This document shows positions 55,909 through 64,000 of a DNA stretch of 64,000 nt, piece after piece. The notes beneath the pieces are model-generated. The model worked only from the letters and a program-made list of their open reading frames with translations. It searched no databases and was not told the origin of the DNA. Position 1 is the first letter of the stretch. Each line of letters opens with the position of its first letter. Location: assembly GCA_002773945.1 (NCBI GenBank), contig PEZT01000010.1, positions 4,028-68,027 of the forward strand. The letters run 5' to 3'. The position numbers and the translations under genes were made by a program. This DNA is from Candidatus Beckwithbacteria bacterium CG10_big_fil_rev_8_21_14_0_10_34_10 (GTDB lineage: Bacteria; Patescibacteriota; Microgenomatia; UBA1400).

Positions 55909-57583
55909 TCTTTGTCAGTTGCCAGATTGGTTCACCTAAAAAATTATAGATTAAAAAATTATTTCCCTCTTTTGTTGGTCTAGATCCGGGAACAACTTTT
56001 TCCACTAATAAAATTGATTTTCCCCTTTCAATTTTCTGTTTTAAACTATCTGGATGTTTCCATTCAGCTAAATTTTCATTAAAGCGGTATTTGTCATAAA
56101 TGACTACCCTATCCATTCCCACAAGTTCTCTTTCTGCTTTTAACTGAAAATCAGCTGGTTCAAAAGGTAAATAAAAAGCCAAAAAAATATAACTGACTTC
56201 AACATTAGGATCAAAAAGAATTAAGTCATATTTTTCCTCATCGGTCTTTATCTTTTGACAAACTTCCTTTATCCCCGGCAGCCAAAATTTATCCTGAATC
56301 TGGGGAAAAATAATAAAATAGGCCAGCAAATAATCGACAATGGAAAAAAGAAGAACAGCGCTAACAACAATATTTTTATATTTCCCCTTTTTTACCTGCC
56401 AAGCCCAAAATTCTTCTAAACCTAAAGCGGCAAATAGAACCAAAATTAAGTGAAAAAACAATAATCTAGTTAGAATAGGTGAATCAATAGTAAAACCATT
56501 GGCTAAAGGAGAAATAAAAAAACATCCTAAAAGAAACAGGTTTTCTTTTTTCTCTAGGTTTTTAACTACCTTTAAAAAACCAATCAGAATAAAAGGAAAA
56601 AACACCACTAAAATATTGCCAAAATTTAAGCTCCCTAAACTGTGCCAGGAATTATTATCACTTTCAAAAAATATAAATTTGGGATTAAAAGCCGCTAAAT
56701 AGTTTTTTGAAAAATCCTTGAATAATAAAACCGGTTGATTATAAAAAACTCTGGCTAAAAATATTGGTATTTCTTTCTTATCCATTAAAAACGTATTCTT
56801 GCTTATTCTCTCTTTTAATTCTTCTTGGTTAAAAATAGTCGTATTAGCCCGACCCTGATTTCCTTCTTTAGCTAAATGCCAATAACTAAACCAGCCTAAA
56901 CTTAATAAAACAACAAATAAAAAAACAAGCAGGTTCTTTTTTGGTTTTGATTTTTTTTCTACAGTTTTAAAATAGTCCTTTCTAAAAAACAAAAAACATA
57001 AAATTATTAATGGGGGAGTAATAAACAAGGGGGTATTGTAAATAAAAAAAGAAACAATAAATAAGGGTAAAGCGACAAAAAGTAATCCTAATTTTTTTCT
57101 GGCTTTTAAAACATAAGTTAAGCCAGTTAAAGTAAAAAATAGAGCCATCGTGGCTTCAAACTGCTGACGGCTATAATGTAAGTGAAAAGGAGAAACACTC
57201 AAAAGAAAAATAAAAAGCAGGGCTAAATTTTTCCTCTTGGGAAAAATCTCTTTAACAAAAAAATAGCCGCTAATTACGGTCAACCAGCCAAATAAAGCCG
57301 CCGGCAACCTCACAGCAAAAGCATTTAAACCAAAGATCTTTATTAAAGGAGCCGTTAAATAAATATATCCAGGGATTTTATTATCTCCAAAAGCTCGAAA
57401 AACTAACGGCCATAATCTACCATGTTCATCTTTTTGAGTCTTTAAAATTGAATAAGCATTAAAACCAACTGAAACTTCATCTCGGTTTAACTCTGAAGGA
57501 ATTTTGCTTAAAAAAACAAAACGAAGAATAAAGGCTAAAACAATTATTATTAAAAAGATAAAATTCCGTCTGTATTTTTTCAT
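55898..57583 (-). CDS. PMT_2/GT39-GT83-like GT-C glycosyltransferase, paralog 6
   Basis: LNRDEVSVGFNAYSILKTQKDEHGRLWPL and PFHLHYSRQQFE motifs. Confidence 0.65.
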   Translation of the reverse strand: MKKYRRNFIFLIIIVLAFILRFVFLSKIPSELNRDEVSVGFNAYSILKTQKDEHGRLWPLVFRAFGDNKIPGYIYLTAPLIKIFGLNAFAVRLPAALFGWLTVISGYFFVKEIFPKRKNLALLFIFLLSVSPFHLHYSRQQFEATMALFFTLTGLTYVLKARKKLGLLFVALPLFIVSFFIYNTPLFITPPLIILCFLFFRKDYFKTVEKKSKPKKNLLVFLFVVLLSLGWFSYWHLAKEGNQGRANTTIFNQEELKERISKNTFLMDKKEIPIFLARVFYNQPVLLFKDFSKNYLAAFNPKFIFFESDNNSWHSLGSLNFGNILVVFFPFILIGFLKVVKNLEKKENLFLLGCFFISPLANGFTIDSPILTRLLFFHLILVLFAALGLEEFWAWQVKKGKYKNIVVSAVLLFSIVDYLLAYFIIFPQIQDKFWLPGIKEVCQKIKTDEEKYDLILFDPNVEVSYIFLAFYLPFEPADFQLKAERELVGMDRVVIYDKYRFNENLAEWKHPDSLKQKIERGKSILLVEKVVPGSRPTKEGNNFLIYNFLGEPIWQLTKITT

Positions 57584-58491
57584 AAGTTAGCTTTAGAAAA
57601 CTTCAATGCCAAAAAATCTTTAACTGCTTTTTGCTGGTATTTATTTCCTTTTACTTTAAATAAATATTTTAAACCTTCTTTTAAAACTGACAGTTTAGCT
57701 TTTAAAGAAGCATATTTAAAAGCAAAAAACAATCTATTTCTTGTTTGGTAATAGACTGAAGTTTTATTTCCAGCTCCACCGCTAGCAGAAGCATTTTTAT
57801 GCCAAAGAAAAGGATTAGGATCATAAAAAACTTCAAAACCTGCTTTTTTGGCTCTTAAAGAAAAATCAATATCCTCCCAATACATAAAGTACTTTTCATT
57901 TAAAAGCCCAATTTTTTCTAAACAGCTGGCTCTAATTAACATACAACAGCCGGTCGAAAAATCAGTTTTAGAAAAACTGTTATACCGGCCAATATCAACC
58001 TCATCTATTCCTCTATGGGAAGCTAGAATATTTTTCCAGTCAATTCTACCGCCAGCATACCAAATAACTTTTCCCCTCTCTTTTTCTTTGTATCTTTCTT
58101 TATGAAACTCAAAACCTTTGGCAAAATATATTTTAGGAGAAACTAAGGCAATCTTATCCCTTTCCTTAACTCCTTTAATTAAATCTACTAGTAAATTCTT
58201 ATCCACTAAAGTATCGTTGTTTAAAAGGAGTAAAAAATCCGGTTTAAATTTCAAAGCATAACGAATACCCGCATTATTCCCTGCCCCAAAACCTAAGTTT
58301 TCTTTACTCTCAATCACCTTAATTTGAAAAAACTTCTTTTTTATTGCTTTGATACTGCCGTCATTAGAAGCATTATCAACCACTATAGTTTTTAGATCTA
58401 TTTTTCCTACTTCCAATTTTTCCAAACTCCCAAGGCATTCAAGGGTGTTCTTTTTACCATTGTAGTTTAGAATAATAATAAAGATTTTCAT
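57580..58491 (-). CDS. GT2 family glycosyltransferase (WbbL/rhamnosyltransferase-like)
   Basis: IIILNYNGKKNTLECL and VVDNASNDGS motifs. Confidence 0.75.
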   Translation of the reverse strand: MKIFIIILNYNGKKNTLECLGSLEKLEVGKIDLKTIVVDNASNDGSIKAIKKKFFQIKVIESKENLGFGAGNNAGIRYALKFKPDFLLLLNNDTLVDKNLLVDLIKGVKERDKIALVSPKIYFAKGFEFHKERYKEKERGKVIWYAGGRIDWKNILASHRGIDEVDIGRYNSFSKTDFSTGCCMLIRASCLEKIGLLNEKYFMYWEDIDFSLRAKKAGFEVFYDPNPFLWHKNASASGGAGNKTSVYYQTRNRLFFAFKYASLKAKLSVLKEGLKYLFKVKGNKYQQKAVKDFLALKFSKANL

Positions 58492-58498
58492 TTTTCCT

Positions 58499-59956
58499 TT
58501 AAGACTTAAGCTCTTTATATAAAAAACCCGCTTCTTCTTTTAGTTTTCTTTTATTGACTAAAATAATTATTCCCATATATATAAAAATACTTAAAATAAT
58601 AATAATAATAATAGTAGTAGCCAAGTTTAAAATTAAATATTTTTTAAGCCAGCTTATTAAAACAAACATCACTAGAGAAGCGCTTAAGGGTCCCAAAACT
58701 TGAGAAGAAAAATTAAATTTAACATACTTTTTAACAATAAAGATGGCTATAAATGAGCTTAAATTAACTAGGACTGTCCCTACAGCCACTCCCAAAAAAC
58801 CAAATTTAACCGCTAAATATGGAGTAAACAGCCAGGTTAGAACTGTCCAGAGAACCATTAGTTTAAAAGTGGTTTTTATTCTTCCAATAGCATTAAAAAT
58901 TGTTGTTAAAAAGACTGCTAATGCTCCCCAGGCTGAGGCAAAACAATAAAGAAAAAGAGGAATTAAAGCTGGCTGCCATTTAAGATAACGAGGAATAATT
59001 TCTATTAAAGGCTTGGCGATAATCACTATCCCCGTTAAACTTGGAATAATAAGAAAACTTAAGAAGTAAAGAACTTTTTCAATGGCTATTTTTAATTTTT
59101 CCTTATCATGCTGAAGTCTGGCAAAAGAGGGAAAAGCAACCTTAATCGTGTTGTCAAGAAAATATCGTAAAGGCATTGTCGCCCATTTCTCTGCCCAACC
59201 AACCAACGCTACCCCTTCACTACCAATAATTCTGGCTAAAAGTAGAATCATAAACTTATCTTTAACAACCGCTAAAAAAGTGTTCATTTGGTAAGGCACA
59301 CCAAACTTTAGTAATCTTTTTAAAACCTTAAAAGAAAAGTTTAAACCAATCTTCCAAGGAGCAATAAAATAAAGAACAGCCGTTCCCAAAAAACTTCTTG
59401 CTAAAACTGCTAAGGTATAACTCTTTATCCCCCAGCCTTTCCATGCCAGAATAATAATAATTAAATTAAAACTAATAGTTTCGACAAATTGAGGAATAAT
59501 AATTTTATTAAATTGCAATTTTCTTTCCAATAAAACACTAGGAATTGTTTTTAAAGAAGACAAAAAGAAAGCTAAACTAAAGCTATAAACCAGCATCATT
59601 CCTGCTTTATCCAAATTGTAAAACTGTTTAATAAGAGGAGATAGAATAAATATGAGAACTAGTAATAACAAAACTAATATTTGCTGGATGGTAAAAGTCG
59701 AACGGATTTCTTTTGTGGTTGGCTCTTCTTTTTTTTGAACTAGAGCAGCCGCTAAACCCACATCAGAAAAGTAGGCTAAAATGTCAATCATGGCAGAAAC
59801 TAAAATGAAAAGGCCAAACTCTTTTTTTCCTAAAAAAACAGTAATAAAGAAATAGCCAATAAAGTTAATTAACTGTAAAAAAACAGTCCTGGTGCTTAAG
59901 GCTAAAACGCTTTTAATAGAACGCTTTTTTATAGATTTTAAATCAAAATTATCCAT
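58499..59956 (-). CDS. wzx: Wzx-type oligosaccharide flippase (MOP superfamily, polysaccharide biosynthesis protein)
   Basis: 485 aa, about 12-14 helices. N-terminal SIKSVLALSTRTVFLQLINFIGYFFITVFLGKKEFGLF is typical of Polysacc_synt. Confidence 0.65.
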   Translation of the reverse strand: MDNFDLKSIKKRSIKSVLALSTRTVFLQLINFIGYFFITVFLGKKEFGLFILVSAMIDILAYFSDVGLAAALVQKKEEPTTKEIRSTFTIQQILVLLLLVLIFILSPLIKQFYNLDKAGMMLVYSFSLAFFLSSLKTIPSVLLERKLQFNKIIIPQFVETISFNLIIIILAWKGWGIKSYTLAVLARSFLGTAVLYFIAPWKIGLNFSFKVLKRLLKFGVPYQMNTFLAVVKDKFMILLLARIIGSEGVALVGWAEKWATMPLRYFLDNTIKVAFPSFARLQHDKEKLKIAIEKVLYFLSFLIIPSLTGIVIIAKPLIEIIPRYLKWQPALIPLFLYCFASAWGALAVFLTTIFNAIGRIKTTFKLMVLWTVLTWLFTPYLAVKFGFLGVAVGTVLVNLSSFIAIFIVKKYVKFNFSSQVLGPLSASLVMFVLISWLKKYLILNLATTIIIIIILSIFIYMGIIILVNKRKLKEEAGFLYKELKS

Positions 59957-61653
59957 AGAATCGCTATTCCACTTATAACAGAAATTAATTCTGCCATTTT
60001 TCTTATTAAAGTGGCTTTAAAAACCAGCATCACTTCATGTTCTCCAGGTGGAATAATTGTTTTAATTATCCCATTATTATCCTGATATTCAAAATCCCAT
60101 TTTTTCCCATCAAGATAAAGAGTCCAACCGGGAAAATAAAAGCGGTTTAACTGCAACTGACTCTCCTCATCTGAATCAACCATTAATCCTAGTTTCTGGG
60201 TTTTAGATTCTAAAACTTTAACTTTAGGATGACCATTAATAACTTTAAAATCTTCTAAGGCTACTTCCGGCTCTTCTCTGACCCAGGTCGGAATATAGTC
60301 AGGAATAACTCCACTCATAGACATCCTGATCATTTTCTCATCCGAATAATATAAATCCTTAGGGTCAATATATTCTTGGGGTTTAAAATATTGAAGATTA
60401 ACTTTTAAAATTAAAGCGCTAACTAAAAATAAAAGAGCTCCAGGCAAAACTGACTTGTTTAAAAACTTAGTTTTAAGTTTTAAATCCTTTAAATAAGATA
60501 ACCAACCACCAGCTAAAAAAGCTACTAAAACAATAATAATCGAATTAAAACGCCAGGGAAATTGAATATAGGAGAAAATAGGAATCGCATCCCAGATTGA
60601 CTTCGCTTTATAAGTGGCTAAAAAAGCTAAACCCAAACCTGAAATGATAAAAAAGAAAATTAACTTTAATCTCAAACTTAATTTTCTTTTCCAACCCATC
60701 TCCACTAAACCTAAAAGCAAAGTTATTAACCCTAATCCCAAATGGACTCTCCCTAAGTGAAATGACATCCCGTCATTAGGACCATCAACTGAACCGGCAA
60801 ATCCCCATCGACCCCAGTAATATTGTCGAAAATATAAAAAATGATGAGCATAATGACTATACCCGCCGGTTAATTCTGCCACCCGAGTAAAACCCTTTTC
60901 AAAAAAAGCCGGTATTAAAAAGAAACTACTTAAACCAATCCCCAAAAGAAAACTTACAAAAACTCTTTTAAGCTTTTTTTTATCAATCTTTTTTATCAAT
61001 AAATAGAAAATGGCGAATATAATAAAAAAGGGGAGAATGATTAAGTCTAGAATTGTATGGGATAAAAGAAAAAAAGCCAATAATAAAGAATTTAACCCGA
61101 TTATTTTCTTATTCTTTTTATCAATTACTTCACTAATTCCCCACATAACCCAGGGAATTAAACTAATAGCAAACAACTCACTTAAAGCCCCTCTAACATA
61201 AAAATCAACTGCCCTATAAGGAGAATAAACAAAAGCTAAAGCCGCTAAAAACCCAGCCATTTTCCCCCAAAACTTACGAGCTAAAAAAAACATCCCAGAA
61301 AACCCTATAAAAAAAGTCAGCATAAAAACAAGTTTAATAGAATTAATAAAACTAAAAAATAAACTAAATAATACTCCAACAAAATATGGTAAAGAGCCAT
61401 AGAAACTAAATAAAGGCATCCCATAGCCCCAACCCAAATTCCTCGACCAATATGGCGGAAAATGACCATCCTTTAAAGCCCGACTCAACTCAACTAACCT
61501 AGCAACATGGGTATAATCATGCATCCTAAAAAATTTAGGATTAAAAAGAGGCCAACATGAAGGTAAAATAATCAAAATAATTAAAGCTATGAAAAGCAAT
61601 CTTTTTTTTTCAAGCTTTATTCTGGGTTTAATTTTTGTAAAATATTTTTTCAT
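59938..61653 (-). CDS. YfhO/PTPS-related-like GT-C-type membrane protein, paralog C
   Basis: FRMHDYTHVARLVELS...PPYWSRNLGWGYGMP N-terminal motif and C-terminal YFPGWTLYLDGKKWDFEY...PPGEHEVMLVFK. Confidence 0.55.
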   Translation of the reverse strand: MKKYFTKIKPRIKLEKKRLLFIALIILIILPSCWPLFNPKFFRMHDYTHVARLVELSRALKDGHFPPYWSRNLGWGYGMPLFSFYGSLPYFVGVLFSLFFSFINSIKLVFMLTFFIGFSGMFFLARKFWGKMAGFLAALAFVYSPYRAVDFYVRGALSELFAISLIPWVMWGISEVIDKKNKKIIGLNSLLLAFFLLSHTILDLIILPFFIIFAIFYLLIKKIDKKKLKRVFVSFLLGIGLSSFFLIPAFFEKGFTRVAELTGGYSHYAHHFLYFRQYYWGRWGFAGSVDGPNDGMSFHLGRVHLGLGLITLLLGLVEMGWKRKLSLRLKLIFFFIISGLGLAFLATYKAKSIWDAIPIFSYIQFPWRFNSIIIVLVAFLAGGWLSYLKDLKLKTKFLNKSVLPGALLFLVSALILKVNLQYFKPQEYIDPKDLYYSDEKMIRMSMSGVIPDYIPTWVREEPEVALEDFKVINGHPKVKVLESKTQKLGLMVDSDEESQLQLNRFYFPGWTLYLDGKKWDFEYQDNNGIIKTIIPPGEHEVMLVFKATLIRKMAELISVISGIAILWIILI

Positions 61654-62867
61654 TTTTTAATCTTTAATAACTTAAACCCTTTATAAAAAAAATAACAAAT
61701 AACAGTTAATAAAGGAATAATAAAATAAATATATTGTCTAAAAATGGGAACCGGCGGGTTCCAATTACCATACCATATATAGGGTAAATACCTTAATAAG
61801 GCCATAAAAGAGATTAAAACAAAAAACTTGACCGCCTTAATATTTTTGGCAAGGATTGCCCAAGTTAAAGGCCAAATAAAATACCAAGAGTGCATTAGGC
61901 CAAACCGACTAAACTGAATTCCAAATAAGATTACTGCTCCCCAAAAACCCAGATCAAACTTTGGTTTAAAATACCAAAGAAGAAAAAGAGGTAGTAAAAC
62001 TACCGTTGCGTACTTAATCGAAACAGAAAAAAGAAAGAAAAAGACAAAAAACAAAAACAATTTCAACTTCTCTTTGGTTATCCTTTCCTTTTTAATTTTA
62101 TTTAAAAAATAAAAGCTTAGTAAAGCCGGAGCCATCATTGAAAAATCATTATGCCCCACACCAATGGCTTCAATTAAAATCAACGGGTTTAATAAAAACA
62201 AAACTAATCTTAACTTCCTATCTTTAAGTTTTAGGTCTTTAAATAGTTTTCTCAATATTAAAAAAGTAAACCAATAAAACAAAAAAGAAAAAGCTTTAAA
62301 ACTTAAAATCTCAGTAAAAATTCTATTTAATCCCAAGATAAAAGGAATTAAAGAAATAACAGTCCAACCATAAAAATAAGGGGCGGCCGTATGAATATTT
62401 CTCATAAAACCCAACATTGGGTCTGGAAACTCCATTGCTACATGCTTATGGGGATCAGCTCCATAAACGACTATCATCTTGGCATTAAAAATATAGTTAA
62501 AAATATCATGGGAAAAAGCTGGATAAGCAAAAACAAAAATTCCTCCCACTCCTAAAGATAAAATAATTACTTCCTTTAATAAAATCTTTTTACTCTTAAC
62601 AGCTTTAGAAACTAAAAAATAAAACAAATAAGTCAGCAAGCTAATTAAAACAAAATATAGGGTTGATCGGGGACGGTTAAAATATCCAAACCAACGCATT
62701 TTCCGTTGAAACTCTAAAAAAGGCTGAAATGAAGTCAGAGTTAAACCAATGTCTAAAAAAGAATAACTATAAACAGCAAAAAGTAATGAAAATAGAGCAA
62801 AACAAAATAGCCATATTTTAGGTGAAAATGATTTAAACTTTACTTCCATATTTACCCAATAAGTCAT
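61650..62867 (-). CDS. polytopic membrane protein
   Basis: About 11 helices. Unknown family. Confidence 0.5.
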   Translation of the reverse strand: MTYWVNMEVKFKSFSPKIWLFCFALFSLLFAVYSYSFLDIGLTLTSFQPFLEFQRKMRWFGYFNRPRSTLYFVLISLLTYLFYFLVSKAVKSKKILLKEVIILSLGVGGIFVFAYPAFSHDIFNYIFNAKMIVVYGADPHKHVAMEFPDPMLGFMRNIHTAAPYFYGWTVISLIPFILGLNRIFTEILSFKAFSFLFYWFTFLILRKLFKDLKLKDRKLRLVLFLLNPLILIEAIGVGHNDFSMMAPALLSFYFLNKIKKERITKEKLKLFLFFVFFFLFSVSIKYATVVLLPLFLLWYFKPKFDLGFWGAVILFGIQFSRFGLMHSWYFIWPLTWAILAKNIKAVKFFVLISFMALLRYLPYIWYGNWNPPVPIFRQYIYFIIPLLTVICYFFYKGFKLLKIKK

Positions 62868-63594
62868 TCAATTTAATTCTTAAAACATCCAAAAACATTC
62901 TTATTGAATCTTTTATAAAACTAACCCTCTTAGTTTTATAATGCTGCCAAAAGACTGGCACTTCAGCAATTTTATAACCCATTTTCTGGCCTAAAAACAG
63001 AAGCTCAACGTCAAAAGCACCAGTATAAGCTCTTTTTGTTTCTAAATGCTTTACTTTTAGTTTTGAAAAAATATCTTTAGCGGCTTTGGTTTTTAAAAGC
63101 TTAAAACCACACTGAGTATCGTGAATTCCCGGTAAAGCAATCAGCTGAACAACTAAATTAAAAACTTTTCCCATCAAATGACGGTAAAAAGGTTCTTTTT
63201 CTCTTCTAGCTCCTTTTATTTCCCGAGAACCAATAATAATATCATAGCCTTTTTTTAAAAAAGGAAATAACTTCTCTACTTCTGAAAGGGGAGTCGCCTG
63301 ATCAAAATCAGTAAACAAAATATTTTCTCCTAAAGCTTCTACCACTCCCATAGAGACTGCCGCCGCTTTTCCCTGATGAGAATTTTTAATTAAACGCCAA
63401 TTACTCCTGCTTCTAATAAATTCCTCTATTAATTTCCTGCTTTTATCCAAAGATCCATCATCAACAATTATTACCTCATAAGAATAGGGAAATTTTTTAA
63501 GATAATCCGTCACTTTATCTAGGGCCCCTTTTTTATAGTTATCCTCTTCATTAAAACTGGGAACAATTATGGAAAGAAATATTCTATTTTTCAT
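62833..63594 (-). CDS. GT2 polyprenyl-phosphate sugar synthase (Dpm1/Alg5-like)
   Basis: IVPSFNEED, IIVDDGSLDKS, TDFDQATP and QCGFKLL motifs. Confidence 0.7.
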   Translation of the reverse strand: MKNRIFLSIIVPSFNEEDNYKKGALDKVTDYLKKFPYSYEVIIVDDGSLDKSRKLIEEFIRSRSNWRLIKNSHQGKAAAVSMGVVEALGENILFTDFDQATPLSEVEKLFPFLKKGYDIIIGSREIKGARREKEPFYRHLMGKVFNLVVQLIALPGIHDTQCGFKLLKTKAAKDIFSKLKVKHLETKRAYTGAFDVELLFLGQKMGYKIAEVPVFWQHYKTKRVSFIKDSIRMFLDVLRIKLNDLLGKYGSKV

Positions 63595-63660
63595 CTATAT
63601 AATCTATTTTACAATTTTGCTCTCTTTAATGAAATCTTAAAAAACTTCCTTATTCTTTAT

Positions 63661-63972
63661 TTAAATACTCTTCTTAAAAATGTAAATATAAAAATCTTTA
63701 TATCTTATCTCTTCTTTTTTATTTTCAGAAAAATAACTATAATCTATTTTCTGCCTTACCTGTTCAGGCATCCCCTTTTTTTCATCTTCAAGATAACTAG
63801 TTAAACAATCTTTTTCCTGATAGCAAACTTTAATGGCTAATTCTGCCTTACTAGAACCTACTGATTCCAAATTATTATAAGCCAATAAATATCTAACAGG
63901 AGCGTTGTAAAGTCTGGATGGAATCTCTAAAACATAAGGTTTATTTTCCGTTAAACTAACTATTTTATCCAT
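63661..63972 (-). CDS. small hypothetical protein (103 aa, acidic, no transmembrane segment)
   Basis: ORF only. No recognisable motif. Confidence 0.35.
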   Translation of the reverse strand: MDKIVSLTENKPYVLEIPSRLYNAPVRYLLAYNNLESVGSSKAELAIKVCYQEKDCLTSYLEDEKKGMPEQVRQKIDYSYFSENKKEEIRYKDFYIYIFKKSI

Positions 63973-64000
63973 TAATTCTTCTTTCTCCTGTAAACTCCGA

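Noticed and set aside
58499-59956. Considered calling 58499-59956 a Wzy polymerase or MurJ
   Set aside because: The N-terminal region matches Polysacc_synt/Wzx-like MOP flippases, and no large periplasmic loop typical of Wzy is apparent. MurJ cannot be excluded from sequence inspection alone, so confidence is moderate.
63595-63660. 66-nt AT-rich spacer upstream of the first Dpm1-like gene as the promoter of the whole array
   Set aside because: It contains TAAAAT/TATATA-like hexamers on the minus strand, but no properly spaced -35/-10 pair could be defined. The upstream gene (63661-63972) is on the same strand, so transcription may simply continue from beyond the window.
1-64000. Searched for CRISPR arrays, tRNA/rRNA genes, transposases, integrases and terminal inverted repeats
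   Set aside because: No regularly spaced direct repeats and no intergenic space large enough for an RNA gene (the largest gaps are 66, 58, 51 and 38 nt). No DDE or tyrosine-recombinase-like ORF. The repeats found are intragenic paralog similarity, not mobile-element ends.

Overview
The window is an AT-rich (roughly 30% GC by eye), extremely gene-dense stretch consisting almost entirely of one cell-envelope glycosylation island. About 50 genes lie head-to-tail on the minus strand from about 63.6 kb down to 0.76 kb. Most junctions are 1-20 nt stop/start overlaps (ATGA-type), consistent with very long polycistronic units; intergenic gaps above 30 nt are rare. A short plus-strand block at 50.9-55.9 kb and a 5-prime-truncated plus-strand gene at the left edge are the only exceptions. 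Content: about 9 GT4 glycosyltransferases; 5 cytoplasmic-type GT2 enzymes; 6 Dpm1/GtrB-like polyprenyl-phosphate sugar synthases (GT2); at least 10 large polytopic GT-C-like membrane proteins (six PMT_2/GT39-like paralogs, five of them in tandem; three YfhO/PTPS-related paralogs; one PIG-V-like mannosyltransferase); a complete GmhA-HddA-GmhB-HddC GDP-D-glycero-alpha-D-manno-heptose pathway with two nucleotidyltransferases; four class I SAM methyltransferases; a DegT-family sugar aminotransferase; an FAD-dependent oxidoreductase; a Wzx-type flippase; a DUF2304 protein; and many uncharacterised membrane proteins. No rRNA, tRNA, CRISPR, transposase or integrase signatures were seen. The extreme gene density, absence of Shine-Dalgarno-rich spacers and the glycosyltransferase repertoire are most consistent with a CPR/Patescibacteria-like or other small-genome, low-GC bacterium, but that is inference. 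The most interesting hypothesis is a non-canonical surface-glycosylation system: extracytoplasmic GT-C enzymes fed by lipid-phosphate monosaccharide donors, possibly including a lipid-linked heptose, rather than a classical Wzy-dependent O-antigen or capsule locus.
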